Made by a program: the position numbers and the translations under genes
Part shown: positions 25,181-39,092 of the stretch, piece after piece
How positions within the stretch are numbered: the stretch's first letter is position 1
Layout of the letters: each line of letters begins with the position of its first letter
NCBI GenBank assembly: GCA_051530055.1
Contig: CM121342.1
Span: 11,299,480 to 11,363,479, forward strand
Origin: Neoechinorhynchus agilis
Taxonomy: Eukaryota > Animalia > Acanthocephala
Length of the DNA stretch: 64,000 nucleotides
Direction: 5' to 3'
The notes under the pieces: model-generated
The model's database searches: none
What the model was told of the DNA's origin: nothing
The model's input: only the letters and a program-made list of their open reading frames with translations

Positions 25181-26918
25181 ACTTTTAATTTTTATGCCAC
25201 ATGCAAACATTTATTATTCTGAAGGAGGACTACAGACTAAAACTCAGGATAAAGCCACCGTGACCTACCTCTACTTTTTAGACCTGAAGAAATTCAATTT
25301 CATAATGGACGAAATATTGAGAATAATAATAATCAATACCCATTGTTTTTATCACCAAAAAATAAACATATATGAACAATTTCTTTACAAATATAATGTG
25401 ATAATTTTAAAATTAAAAGTTAAAAATATACTTAATTATGTCACGTCTTTTTCCAATCAAATTCACAATTAATGTATCTATGAAAAATTCGATTTTTCTA
25501 GTCTTCTTCGCGGCACTCAAAATTTATACCTGTAATTTAACCGAAAATTTCTCCTTTCATTTTATTACAATGTTCGCTAAATTTGAGAATTATTTCTTAA
25601 TTTTTCAAAAATCTTTGATTAAAATTCGCGAACTCTTTTGTTGCATAAAGTAAAAAATCAAATCGTTCTCACTATTTTTATAAATAATTCACTTGTTGAT
25701 TTAATTGTGCTAAGAGGGTGACGCGATGATTTCTGATTCGCTAGGTTGTTGAATACACTTTGTGATGTAGATTTTTTCCAAGGCTACACCTTCTATATCT
25801 AATAGCATTTTTAGGATTCTAGCACACAAGGATAGCAAATACGCTCGATTATTTTTGATGCTAAATACGTCTGCGACTCTTTCATTTCTTCCTCTATTGT
25901 ATGAACGCGGAGGTAACATACAAAATTATTTTCTTTTTAATAGAGCATTTCTTTAAAAGAATTCTTTATCAAAACAACGCTCGCCATATCGTTCAGCTGT
26001 CTAACGACTGCATTCTTCACTCATCGGTACCAATGTCCACTTGTAGGGTACGTTCTTTTATCGAAAAAATTAATAGAGCTTTCCCTGTCGATTTAGATCA
26101 TCAGGTCTACTATCAAAAAGAGAAGCCTTATTTATTATTGGTATATTTGTGTTAAATATTGCGCTACTCGACCCATGGAGGACATTTGTACACTTTGCAA
26201 ACTTCGAATTCTTGCCACTTCTACTTACTTCGGACTCCCTCGCACTTTTAAACGTTTACGCACTAAAATGCTTTTTAGTCGAATAAATCGTTTCAAAGCT
26301 CAATATGTTCTTGGAATTTTTGCTCTCTTAGTTTTCGCCCTTTTAAATGGAGTCTTGGACGTCGTTAATCTCCACTTTCATTGATTCTGGGGTATTAAGA
26401 CTAGAAAACAAGAATAATAGTAACACGTTAATTGTGGAAAATACAAAAAAGAATAGGAGGACCATGTACCATTGGGTCCTCATAAGCATTCAAATTCACA
26501 ATTGTTCAAAAAAATGCGTATCCGCTAGGATGGTAATATCTGATCGGAGGGATGTCTATTCGGGTGGTAATATCTGATCGGAGGGATGTCTATTCGGGTG
26601 GGACTATCCAGTCGTTGGATGTTCGTTAGGGTGAGAATGTATCCGTTCGTTCATTGTGATTGCTTACAAGTAAGCAATATTTAAATAAAATATTATGTTT
26701 TATCCGATGATCACTGTCATGATGATAAACCCGATGCATCTCTTTTATGAAAGCAGAAATTATAATAGCACGTTTTATCATTGATCAAAGTAGAGGAATC
26801 ATGTACGTAAGAGTTGTTGTGAGTACTCGAATCCTTGAATGCGTTTGTTTATTCTGGAGTGGGAAAATTGATAGTGATTCGCGTCGAGGAGCTTGTGAGG
26901 TTAGGTCTTTTCTCCGAT

Positions 26919-29135
26919 TCATTTATGCGTCTCGATATCCGAAAAGATTGGACAGTGTGGAAAAAAGAGCGGAGGTATAGGAAGGTGCGAGATTGAGGGC
27001 GGACTGTTCATCGATCGAATATCTTCGATCCTCTCCTCATCCGGTTTTATCTGATTATCTTCGAGGATATGCCTCAGAAATTTGACTCTCGGTTGCATAA
27101 ACGAACACTTATCGTTCCTAGCTTTCAAGCCACTATCTTATAACCTTTTTGGGCACTTCTTTAGGATTCTCGAGATGAGATCGGTCATTACTTCCCGTCA
27201 CAATCACATCATCCAAATAGACCGAAACGTTCGGAATTCCATGCAGCAGATTACTCATGTAACGTTGAAAAATAAGTGGGGCGGACGACACTCCATAAGG
27301 TAGTCTGCAGAATTTGTAGTAGCCCATCGGAGTAGATATGGTTAGCAAGGATCGATACTGCGATTCCACAGGCATTTGTAAATACGCCTCTTTCAGATCG
27401 ATTGTGGAATATTTCTGTCCATCGGCAATTTGATACATTGCCTCCTCAAAAGTTGGCATCATGTATGCGTTGGTTGTCAAATGTGGATTGATGGTTGCGC
27501 GAAAATCTCCGCATAATCGTATACCTCCGTTTCGCTTCTTGACCACTACTATCGGAGTCGCCCATTCTATTGTTTTCTTTGAAGCGTCCACCGGTTCCAG
27601 AATTTCTGCTTCTACCATTCGATTGGTCTCTTGACTTATACCTTCTCGAAGCATCACGGGTATTCGCCTCGACGGTATACACTTCGGTGTTGCTTCGGGC
27701 CAGACAAATAATTTCGCCGGGAAAATTTTAATACGCCCTGTTCCCGGCCCGAACAAATCTTTCATCTTTATTAGCAGCTCATCCAACCCGTCAATCTTAG
27801 CATTGTTCGTGATCTGTGATATCGACACTTCCTTCGGTCATATTAAATCGAAAGCCGCTATCCGCGGCCGTCCAAACAATGGATGATCAGTACCATCGAA
27901 ACCACAACTGATAGTTCTTTGAGAATGTTGTTGAGCCCAACGCGGACCATGCATTCACCTTTAGTGCTGATTGTTCCGCCTCCGTAGGTGCGAAGATTGC
28001 TCCTCTTTTGCAAACACGGGGCACCAATTTGTCGCCATCATCGTTCTGGTAATATCGAGATGGCTGCGCCGGTGCCGTATTCCATTGGAACCGATTTTCC
28101 ATTTATCTCTGAAACGATCATCGGCCTGCCACCACTTTTTTCGATTTCATGGACGCCGGTTTCATGATCCGCAGATATATTAGCGATACTCATCTGATCT
28201 ACTTGCCATACTCGGCTACGACAGCATCGCTTGATGTGTCCCTTTCGCTTGCATTTGTGGCAAATGAAATTTTTCGCCCAACATTCTTTACTGCTTGTAT
28301 AATAAGGCCCTCCTCATCTTCCACAACGCAGGTCACTACTTAATCTTCGTTCCATCTCGCGTTTGCTCGTTCCTATTCGATCAACTTTGGCACATAATTC
28401 TTCACGTACTTCATTATCACTACTGTCCCTGGTCAATATCGTCATTGTCCTTTCGGCTGTCTCGTAGGTCGTAGCTACCTTAAGGACCTGATCGAATTCA
28501 AGTCTGAGAATCTGCGTCCTAATTCCTTCGAATGCGATATTCAGTATGAGGAGATCTCACAGTCTATCCTAAATCGCTTCGTTTTCCGTAATTGTTGATT
28601 TTGGGTGAAATTGGCAGGTATTGGCGATTCCACGGGCCTCCGGCATCCATTGCACGTGATTTTGGTCGGATCCCATCTTACATTGTGCAAACGCATATCT
28701 AGCCGCTACCACATGAATTGGTCTCTGATAGTGGTTAGTAAGGGCGGACACTATATTTGCGTAAGTGGTAGAGCTTGATTTGAAATCTTTAATAATTTTT
28801 CCTATCAGTTGAAACGTCTTCGGTCCACTCCATGCTAGTAGATGAGCTTTCTTGTTATTTTCCTCTATGCCATAAGCGCCAAAATGTTGTTCCAGTTGTC
28901 CCACGAAGTCGGACCATGTCTCATCTTCGTATACGAATCGTCGAAATTGCGGAATCAATCTCTGACTGGATTGTTTATGCTCCTTCATTTCTAGTTGTTT
29001 TTGCAAATCGCGATTCCTTGATTGTTCTTCTCGCAACATTTCCATCATCTCCTTCAACACATCCGCTTTGTCCTCGTCGCCAATTGTTAGATGCTTCATA
29101 ACCGTTTTTATTATTTTTATGAACCGCACCCCCAC
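26919..29135 (-). mobile_element. Ty3/gypsy LTR retrotransposon remnant (gag, protease, RT), truncated and frameshifted
   Basis: Gag-like ORF 28569-29135, protease-like GTGAAISILP near 28060, and RT with WATPIVVVKK, RLCGDFR, YSTIDLKEAYLQ and YLDD. No integrase or paired LTRs seen. Confidence 0.9.
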
Positions 29136-29245
29136 TCCACATCACGTACACACAAATATCTGCACGATATGGCTATCGACCGATCGATATTAGTTAATAC
29201 GCAACAGTAATAAAATGTGGTATAAAGGCGTTTTGATTGTTTGTT

Positions 29246-29620
29246 TTATGAGAATAGTATCAAGGCATTCGGTGAGAGGGAGAAAATCATCTGTTCAAAT
29301 TTTAGAGGCTCTTTTATGAAATATTTCAAGAGGACGGATTTGAGATTTGGATAGGTCGCAAAATACGGAATAACCGTAGGTGAGGGAGGGTAAAGCTCAT
29401 CCCGAAGGATTTTCTTGATGATCTCTAAAAATGCTTCAACTTTTCTGAAATTAATTCCAGCACGGATTGTACATTTGGAATAATGATCGTTATTAGTAAT
29501 AACACGTTTATTTATTTGTGAGTTAATAAAGCAAAGGAACCATGTATCTTTGGGTCCTCCGAACACTAATGCGCAGGAGAGATTGTTAGGTTGTGAGATT
29601 TGGTCTTTCGTCCGGTTCAT
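29246..29620 (-). CDS. Unidentified ORF, possible exon
   Basis: A 124-aa ORF in AT-rich DNA; no family recognised. Confidence 0.25.
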   Translation of the reverse strand: MNRTKDQISQPNNLSCALVFGGPKDTWFLCFINSQINKRVITNNDHYSKCTIRAGINFRKVEAFLEIIKKILRDELYPPSPTVIPYFATYPNLKSVLLKYFIKEPLKFEQMIFSLSPNALILFS

Positions 29621-30374
29621 GATAATTTAAATTTTGATGTCCAAACAGTTTTTTAACTTTGTTTCGTTTTTTGTGGTAAAACAGCCAAAAAAGATGGATA
29701 AAAATTATTTTTTGCAAAGCTGAAAAGCTTCTTACGTTTCACCATCCCGCACTTATCAATCACCGGCATATTTTGATCGGGAAGAATTTTGTATAAGTTT
29801 CCCATACCCAAATAGCACATCTCCTTTCCGTCTTATGAATTTTGTAGATTGGCTGCGTGAGTCAAATGCTCTCTAAGTACGCTGACGTCTTTTGTTTTCT
29901 TTTAAAATTTAATTTTGGGAATGGCAAATATGGGAACCAGTTTCCGTTCGATCGTCATCGTCTTTACAACTCGGAGATTCTTCCAAACCTTAACCTGGAT
30001 GAGGACTATACGGTCCACGGCAAAAACTAGAAGCTAAGACGATGGTGAACATTGACAGTTCCGCTGTTTGTGGATAATTTTTACCAGATCCGTTCATGAT
30101 TTCTTATGGACTTCTGCAAGGCTCTTGCAGATTTTAGTTTCCCAAACGTGTTTCTTCCATAGTGACAATACGGAAGAATCTTTTGTTTTTAGAGTGAAAC
30201 TCGCGTCTTAATCGTGTATTTGGCACACGCTGTCTTCATAATGTGTGATTGGCGATCACCATTGAGAGTTTTAATTTTAGTTTTGACGAGTCTGAGATGT
30301 TTTAGTTTGTAGTTGGTCCACGCACCGAGTGATTTTTCGTTAATTTGAGCCCGACAAAGAAACCGTTATTACCG

Positions 30375-33300
30375 CTTGGAGAGAATAAAATGGACAAACA
30401 GAGATTGAGCACCTTGATTCTACAGACTTGTGGCCAGGTGAAAGTTGAATCGAACGACGTCCTGAGTGCATCCCACATTCTGACCGATTTCCAAGTAAGT
30501 GCTGAAGCGTGGAAACTATCGATGGAGCTTCTAACTGGAGCTCTGAATGACCTCCACAACGAGTGCAGTATCCATTTGGCAACATTCGCCGCGATGACAT
30601 TAAAAAACAAAATCAAATCGGACAGCTTCGATCGGTTGAGCAACGAAGATAAGCTCGCAATGAAGGATCTTTTGGTTCAATGTCTATCCGGATTTTCCAC
30701 AGTTAGAGTTGTAAGAACGCAGATTTGTCTCTGTCTCGTTTATTGCATCCTTAAAAAACCCGATTGGAGCGATCTTCTGAACTTCATTCTCAGTCTGATC
30801 AATAACGATTCTCGCCTCAGCACTGTTAGTAAGAACGACGCAAGTTTAGACGTACTGACCCTTATGGCCGAAGAAATCACTGGATATGGGGCAAGGACGC
30901 TTAAACTCGGTAAACATAGACGAGAGGAGGTTCGCGATCAACTTAGGTGTATCGAGAAACATGTAATGAAAACTCTGTCTGACATCATGCTACGCCAATC
31001 GATCTTTTTCTTCTTCTTAAAGCATTCCGAGGTATGATAAAATTCGTGCGCTGAATTTTCTCTCTTTTACTAACTCAGCCGAAAAAACAACAACGGGAAA
31101 GCTATGGATCCCAGTACCAATTTTTTTTCGTTGTGCGATTGATCACGCTAACCTCGACCATGATTTTCCGGTTCACTTAAACATATTCGAACCTCTTTTT
31201 CTAGATTTTTTGACCAAGACCACCCTTCTTAGAGCGGTGATCGATTGGATAAATTAACGTCTGTTGAAAATGCAGTACGATGTGCTGGTCAATAATGATT
31301 TCTTTGCAACTTTTGGTCAGTTAGATTCATCAAATCCCAAAGAGAGTGAATATGAAAAAAGTACACCGCTAAAAGCACACCAATTTTCGCTCCGAATTCA
31401 CTCTCGATAAAAAAACAATCACCCTTTGTCCGATGCTGAGTTGTTGATTTACGCGAACTAAAAAAAGAATCGAGGATACTCGCTGTTTGTCGTGAAAGAG
31501 AAGATTTTTATCCTACTGATCCATCTCAATTGTTGTTATTCAAACGTCTCTCTCTCAATAGTTTCCCATTTCTAAATCGCTCAATTCAGTCTTGGTTATT
31601 TTTTACGTTTCTAGTATACCGTGAGCAAGAGCTTGAAAAGTCTTCTGTTTTGTTAGGTACTTTAGAAAGAAACACCGAGTTTTTCTATGATTGGCGATCT
31701 GAGCATTCGTAATATTGACAGCAGCCGACTAAGCGGTATACTTTTCCCAGCGGAAGATCGTTTGTGATAACTGATGGAAGTATTTTGGAGACAGGTCTTC
31801 GTTGCTTTACCGGTTGGTGTGAAGCTCGTTTGTTCAGTGAGACCAGTTTGATGGAATCTCCTGTACTATCCGACATAATATTTGGCATAATATCCGGTCT
31901 TCGAGAGGTGCAAGACGTTGACCACATCGATATCTGTGGTGATGCAATGACGACTTTGTTTGACATGGTATCCGACGATCTTGGAAAGTATCGGAGTTTG
32001 TTGATAAAACTAAACCGAATAATTGTTGGTACCGATTTCAAAAATCATTTTATAAAGCTAATAGTGTCCGTGAACAACGTGTACGGCCCTACGTGCGAAT
32101 GTGATGAGGAATCCTGCAATTCAGATTTTACCGAGATGTTAGATCTTCGCCGAATGGACAATATGTGCCGTGCCTACACCGAACTATGCCGTGCTCTGGT
32201 TAATGTCTATCGGCTCGGTATACCCGATGATGAACTAAACGACACAGCGGTTCTGAGTATCCTTTTGGAAATTTGCCCACGATCGAACTACAAAATTGCG
32301 AATCTTATAATGTCAGCTTGGACGTATTTGGCAGACAATTTATCAATAGCATCATCACCAGGAATTCGAAAAAAGTTCCGCTCTTATTTCCAAAGTATTG
32401 TTCCGGTCACCATAGATGTCTCTACGCTTGGTCGATTCACTCTGCATCGTCAAACTTCCCTCAGGAGATCTGCTCTTGATCTCTTTGAGCTACTTGTCGA
32501 AAATTTAGGAGGCAGACAAGTCGGAGAAATGCTATGCGAAACTCTGCGACAAAGTATGGACAATTTAGAGAAATCCGAAGCAATTGTTTTTTTGCTTCAG
32601 AGCTGTCCACCAGTTAACGAAGATATGAACGCTGTCGTTGAGTCGATTGTTAAAACTCCTCGGGAGACTCTCTCGCAAGATTTTGTACTTTCTTCGGTTG
32701 AGTTCCTCGGTTCGCTTGGATTTTTCCTGAAGAACCGAACGGAGCATCTTCCACATGTTATGGAGTTTCTCTTCGCGGCTCTTAGGACTAAAACGGCCAC
32801 TGGATATGACGGTCACGGTGGCGCCGCTCCAAAGTGGTCCACAGTGGCATCCAAAGCACTTCTTCATGTCTGTACATGTTGTAGCAGCGAACTTGTTGGA
32901 AGCATCGGACACTTTATTGATGCGTCAGTGGCTGCGGCGGTCGAATGCCAGCAACAAATTGTCGTTATCAACCTTATAAAGTGTTCGTCTATGCTTCTAG
33001 TTCACTTAGACGGTCGGGTCGAATATTTCTAGGGGATATCCCATTAAATAGTTCTAGTCTTTATTCGCACTGACCCATACGGGGACAGGAGCTCCAAGAA
33101 GGTCTCAATAGATTAACTGGTATCCTATATCAGGATTTGGTTCAGACCTCACAAGACGATGTTCATCTAGTCCGTAAGTTAATGCACAAACTGGATCGTA
33201 TTTGTTCCGTATATCGCACAATCTTTCAGGCTAAATCGGTCAATGCTCAACTCGATATGCAAGTTCGCTCAGCGCTCGTCGAAACGTTGCGTTCAATATT

Positions 33301-34153
33301 GCCGTACACATTGAGTGCTCGTGTGTTGTGTGCCAACGAAGACGTGGTCGAGAGTGCCTGTAATCTCGTACGATATGGAATCCGATCAGTTGGCGATATG
33401 TACCTGTCTCTGCTAGAAGGAACCGTAGATTCTATCTTACAAACCGCTGAAGTGTCATCATCAATGCCTTCTTGCCTTTTGTACCTCGCTTCAGTCATAG
33501 TTGATGAATTCTCAAGTGTCGAACAATCAAAATCCTCAGTTCTTAAACTTACGATTAACAGTCCGTTGATTGCACGAACCATTGCGAGACTTCGTGATGG
33601 AACCGATGCTTTTAGGCGGAATCCGGATCTCGTCGATGATTTCTTCAGACTTTGCAAACGACTAACGGAACATTACACGGTGGAGTTTGTTTCAAGTGAG
33701 CAGTTTGATCAGTGTCTTTCATTGGGTATTGAATCCCTTAACAATGAACGCGAACTAAAGGAAGGAACGTCTTCGTTAATCGCTTTCATTCACTGTGTAG
33801 TTGATTTAATGACTCATGAAGGTCAGTTAGCTGTTCAGTTAAGACTGTATATAACTTCGAAAGGACTAATACCTCCACTCATTACAGCTCTTGTGCGATC
33901 AGCGTGCTTTGAACTGTGTTCTGACTCACGAGAACGAGTAGGCGTCATTTTGTACCGTCTGAAAGGAATTGATGAAGCTTTCTATAAGCAATGCATCGAC
34001 GACGTCTTTTTGAATCATTTGGAAAAGCAACGAGGAGATCTTGTGATTCTCACACAGGACCAAATCAATACGTACGCACACAAAATCAAAACGGCGAATT
34101 CGTCCGATATTGTCGCTAGTGTCTTTGATTCCATTAGTGAGTTAGCGAGATAA
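30375..34153 (+). CDS. TNPO3: Transportin-3/Mtr10-like importin-beta family protein, ~3 exons
   Basis: FAAMTLKNKIKSDSF, VRTQICLCL, LDVLTLMAEE...LGKHRREEV, LRCFTGW and NPDLVDDFFRLC match TNPO3. Interrupted at ~30992-31768 and ~33018-33088. Confidence 0.85.
30992..31768 (+). other. Putative non-canonical intron in TNPO3 (777 nt)
   Basis: The boundaries read cT|ACGCCAATCGATCTT...AAGATCGTTTGTGAT|Aact, with a 10/11-bp stem and a duplicated TA. Removal gives SDIML|TDGSILETGLRC (human ...AGTDEKMLMKVFRC). Confidence 0.6.
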
Positions 34154-35399
34154 TTGCTGAAGGTCGTGGCAAATGATTGAACATCAGTAAACTTCATTTC
34201 ACCTGAAACGAAAAATTATGAATCGAATGCTCATCGCTATAAGTGCTTAAAGGGTGGCCCAGAATTTGTAGAAATGTTTAAATCTTTGCCTCCTAGGTGA
34301 TTGCCAGAATTTAGAGTTGAGGTTTTTCTGAGTTATGCAAACACAAAATTAATGTGACGAATCAAACACAATCCTTGTAAAAAATGAGGAACGATTTAAT
34401 TCAAAAGAGTTTTATTTTATTAGCTTCATTTTTCATTACTTTGTTAGCTTAAGAACCGAGCTTCAATCGTGGAAACAGTACAAATGATACGTAAAATTCT
34501 TATGACGAGATAATTTAGTTGATATTGGACAAAAATTGACGGAAATTTATTAGAGCCTGTAAAATATTGAAATTTGTTTGGCTCAGTATTTTGCATGCAT
34601 GCAATCAAGTTTTATGTTTAAATGGGCACTTGGGCGGGTTGTTGTAATGATAAGGAAAAAGCGAAAATCTCTATTTTAGGAGCTTTCGCCGTATTCATCG
34701 GGAATCTACAATGGCGCATGGAGTTGTGAAGTGTGTTAAAGTAGCGACAACTAAGCGGAAAGCTCGTACCGCTTGTTGAACATTTCTTAGAATTTGCGGA
34801 GCTGATGCCGAGAACTCTCCCTCGTATTGTCTGCGCAAACACCATCCCTTCCAACTGCCTCAGATATAAGTAACGCCTCGGTGATAGATTGTTCCACCGG
34901 GTCCTTGGCGTGGAACTCTGCGTCATGTTTTGCCCATGGTGCGGCCTTAATTGTGCGTCCGGATTCAGCAGATCATGTTTGCGCAGACAATACGAAGGAG
35001 AGTTCTCGGCATCAGCTCCGCAAATTCCAAGAAATGTTCAACAAGCGGGACGAGTTTCAAACTTCGATGTCGCTACTTTAAGATGCTCCAAAGCTCCACG
35101 CGCCTTTGTTGATTCTTGAAGAAGCCGTAAGACGGCGGAAGCTCGAGAATGGCGATTCTCTTTTTCCTCATCATTACAACAGCCCTCCCCCAAATGCCCG
35201 TTTTCGAAAACAAAACTTCATCAATCATGCGACCGGAAAATCTGGTGGTATTTCACAAATTTAAAGTTAATGTTTTTAACACAAAGAGAACCATGGCGCA
35301 AATATTTTTAGAGCGAGGTTAGCTACTTACGTCTCTTTGCCTTCTCACGGCTTGTAAGACGCACAGGTTGCGATGCGATTCGCAGTCTTACTAACACGG

Positions 35400-36460
35400 T
35401 TTGAAAACGTTCTAAAGAAATGCGTTGGGTCCGTAAAATGTGGAATGAGTCTACTCAGATCTCCTTTCGATCTGGCTAATATAATTACGCGAGTCACAGC
35501 TAAACTGGCTGATGTTGGCGAACGTGGTGCAGTCAGGATTTTATACTCAACTCTGTCGTTCGCAAATAGCGACGAGTCCACGTTAAGGCTCCACAGGCAA
35601 AACATCCTTCATCGCTTTCGACAATTCTACCGCTATTAACTGCAGAGGACTTTTCATCAAAGCGCTGTGAGTCATCGGATCTGAAACGAGCCATTGCATC
35701 TTTCGTCAACGGGTCGTGACACGCCCGGACGGTCTACGCCCTCATCACTTGAAAGATATGCTCAGTTCTGAAACTATAGCAGCCAATTTGACTCTTTAAT
35801 CTTCCCTCCTGAGATTATTTGATCATGGAATACAATGCTTCGTATTTGCATCCCTGTGTGCTATCTTCAAAAAAGAAGGTGATATCCGCCCGAACGCTCT
35901 GGGGGCACACTCCGCCGACTAGAGGCTAAGATCCTGTGTATTGAATTTCGTGAAAGGATAGACCTTCTGCCATGTATGCGGAATCATCTGGTCAGAAACA
36001 GGAGTACACTAGGGAGATCTTGGTCCCCTGAGCTTCGACCTAGTTATGAACAGAGTCGTTCACTGCTTGTGATCGTAACTCAAATGTTGGTATCTCAATA
36101 ACGCCACGCTTGATGGCGTGCTCTCGAATTACTTCTCAATGACTTGAAGATGGTGATTAGCGGGGTGCGGGCACCGTAGGCCTTAATATGAATCACAAAA
36201 ACTGTGCAATCGCCGCCTTGGATATTTCTAATACCGAAGGCTCGAATATAATGAGCATCTTCAATGGGCGGCACGGAAAAAGATATGACCACGATTTCGT
36301 GCTATTTGGGGGTTGAATCCTTAAACTATGCGACGAATTGGGCCTTCGAATGAGGGAAGCGACCACAGGAGTGTAAGACTTTAATCGGAGGATAAACATG
36401 GCCGTCCAGCGAAGGAATGTCACCAGCATTACGGGTACGACCTTGATCAGCTCCGAGCTG
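35400..36460 (+). mobile_element. Degraded CRE-like non-LTR RT fragment
   Basis: Decayed PDGLRPHHLKD and GDLGPLSF motifs similar to the 56865 element. Confidence 0.6.
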
Positions 36461-36531
36461 GGTCGCGATTAATTTAATTGAATAATCAAATTTAGTATAT
36501 TAAAAAATATCTTCAGTAAAAATATTAATTA

Positions 36532-36695
36532 TTCTCAATGGCGAATTGTTACACACTCGAGTTTTATTGAAATCAACCTTGCGAATTTTCGAGGCCTCAG
36601 CCTCCTTCTCAAGCATTGCTTGTAAGTTTTTAAATATTCGATTCGCAAGGTTGATTTCAATAAAACTCGAGTGTGTTACAATTCGCCATTGAGAA
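36532..36695. mobile_element. Young 164-bp MITE with ~55-bp near-perfect TIRs, flanked by TA
   Basis: TA|ttctcaatggcgaattgttacacactcgag...ctcgagtgtgttacaattcgccattgagaa|TA. Confidence 0.85.
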
Positions 36696-36906
36696 TACAC
36701 ATCCACCCGAAGGAACAATAGTAAAGTACAAAACGTGCAATCACCATCCTTCTGCAAAATTGGAGCTTTTCTCCTTCCTCGGCTGTCGGATAGAATTAAT
36801 GTTAATTTTTGTTAAATTTTACAATTTTTTTACGAAAACAAGACTCTTTTTTAATAGTTGCGACCGTTTCCAAGGTAATTTAGGTATAAATACGAACAAT
36901 GATGAA

Positions 36907-38308
36907 ATGGACGGCATGCTTTCTCATGAGACGAAATTAAATGTTCCCAATGACACGTCCGCTCCTAAAATATCATCTATAAAAGATGACTCGTGGTCGA
37001 GTGGAGCGAAGCTAACCGAACCTACTCTGTTAGAGCCAAGGAGAACTAAGAAAGCAGCGGAAATGAAGAATTCTGTCAGTGAATCAAAACAGAAAGTGAA
37101 GTTATCAACTTTGGAATTGTCTCCGTCCTTTTCTCGTGACGAGCTCATAGGTTCAGCAGCAAGCCTATTGAATCCAGAGGGGGGCGATAACAAAGTTACT
37201 GCTGAAGGCTTTCTTGATCTTTTTCCGGAACTCCAAGGCAAGCAATTGACTCGAAAACTACTTACCACTAGATTAAAAGCAGAAAAAAACATCAGAAGGG
37301 TATTGTGCTGGATGCTAAAGAATCACAACAAGCAGACTAAAGATTGGCTTGATCGTTACAGGTGGAACTTGTTCTTGCAATCGAACAGCTCTTTTTGATT
37401 CCACTAGCGTTCTAAATTTAGTATTTCCTTGTGGGCCTTCAAAGTTTTGTTACATTTGAATTTTTTTTGCAAGTTAAACGTTTTTATCCTGTTTCATAAA
37501 AACAAGAACCTGCCGATACAAATCGATGGGTCCCAAATCACGTAAAAAATTCATTTCCTCGAAGGAATTATCCCTGTCAGAGGAGTTTATGTTCTTAAAA
37601 TATGCAATCATGAGCATTTCTAACAAGATTCAAGCTCAATCTGCGGAGCTAGAAAATATATCGATAGTTGCAGAGGTCAAGAAGCGATCGTTTCAAAAGT
37701 TCTCTGCAATCCATGAAAAACATTTGAAAAACGTACTATCAATGAACTCTGAAATAAGCGAAGAAGGGTTTATTAAGACTTTGAGAGCAATTAATGACGA
37801 GAGCATGAAAGAGGCGTTAGACATTGCTGCAAAATTTAGGGAATTGCTATCGAAGAAGGATGAAGAACCGGCGAGTAGAGCGATTTTAAGAGAAATGGTG
37901 CACGATGGGATGAGGATGGAGAAAATGAAGAAACAAATTAAGAATTTGATGCAGGATAATATAATTAAAAAAGTAGAAAGTAACATAAATCGATGCGAAG
38001 AACGGTTCAAAAAAATAGAAGAGTCATTACCGAAGCTTATAGAGACCGTTTTACTAGGCGAACGGGTGCACGAAGAGCGAATAAAAGAAAGCGAATTTAA
38101 AGAGGATCAACTTGATCGCATATCGAGCTCCAGCAAGGAAAGTGAGCAAGATTTCAGCATAAAGGAACTTATTAAGCTTAAAAGTCGAGAGGCACAATTA
38201 ACTAAAGATATTGAGATGCTCACAGAAAGGTTTAAAAGAGGTAAAAGGATATTTGAGTCAGATTTCGGCAGTCATGCGAAAATGCTGGATAAGCTGTATG
38301 ATGATTAA
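36907..38308 (+). CDS. Unidentified coiled-coil protein, 2 exons
   Basis: Two long K/E-rich ORFs (36673-37398 and 37526-38308) can be joined in frame by a GT-AG intron at ~37362-37510. Confidence 0.55.
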
Positions 38309-38753
38309 ATATATTTTTTTTAATGTGTTGGATTATTGTCTTCGGGAGGGGGAGAAAAGATACTTTCTTTTTCTCAGTTTTGCCAATCTGAAGATTCAAA
38401 AATTCACCGATGATTTATTTCCCCGATATTTCACGTCGGATAATTCCGACATTTTCCCAAGGTTTGTCATTGCTTGTAAGTCATTTCTTGAGTGTGTTTA
38501 CGTGGTGGATTGTTTTTAAACGGATTGAGTGCTTTTGGATTCTAGATAAGTACTTATAATTTTGACGAGAAACGTCCTGGATGAGTATTTTATCAGAGTT
38601 CGTTAAGATTTGGTTATACCTTTGCGTATTTGCCCTCTTGCACACTGCATAAAAAGATGGAGCGTTTAGAGAGTAGGAGTCTTTTCGTAAACGTCGTCTA
38701 AAAACCGCGCATTCCTAACCTAAAGCAACTATCTCCTCTCTTTTTTATAGACG

Positions 38754-39092
38754 ATGCCTTTGCTCACGGTGACCACCAACATTGACGCCAACTCTTCGGA
38801 CGTTGTGAGTGCGCTTTCCAAAGCCGTGGCAACTTTAACGGGAAAACCGGAATCATACGTTGCTGTCATTTTGATCAAATCCGACGGAATGTCCTTTGGC
38901 GGCACTGAAGCACCTTGTGCTATGATGAAACTGGAATCAATCGGAGCTATTAAAGGCCAACAATCGAAGCTTGCCAGTGCATTAACGGAAACCGCTTCAA
39001 AATTTCTCAATATAAGTGCACGCAGGATTTACATTAATTTCGAAGACGTTCCTGCTTCGAATTGGGCTTTGAACGGATCCACATTCGGTTGA
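38754..39092 (+). CDS. MIF: Macrophage migration inhibitory factor / D-dopachrome tautomerase family protein, intronless
   Basis: 112 aa with catalytic Pro after Met1, GKPESYV, MSFGG and RIYINFEDVPASNWALNGSTF. Confidence 0.93.
   Translation: MPLLTVTTNIDANSSDVVSALSKAVATLTGKPESYVAVILIKSDGMSFGGTEAPCAMMKLESIGAIKGQQSKLASALTETASKFLNISARRIYINFEDVPASNWALNGSTFG

Noticed and set aside
25710-25919. ORF as mitochondrial ribosomal protein uL22
   Set aside because: Only a short LEKIYITKC resemblance; upstream exons could not be reconstructed.
33013-33088. GGGTC/GACCC stem at the second TNPO3 junction as another non-canonical intron
   Set aside because: An in-frame GT-AG intron (33018-33088) exists, and the A-N4-AA/TT-N5 geometry is not met.
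31247-33657. Antisense ORFs overlapping TNPO3 and similar shadow ORFs over other long exons
   Set aside because: Shadow frames of real coding sequence, with no recognisable products.
37362-37520. GTTCTTG/CAAGAAC stem between the two coiled-coil ORFs
   Set aside because: A canonical in-frame GT...AG explains the junction, and the geometry does not fit the rule.
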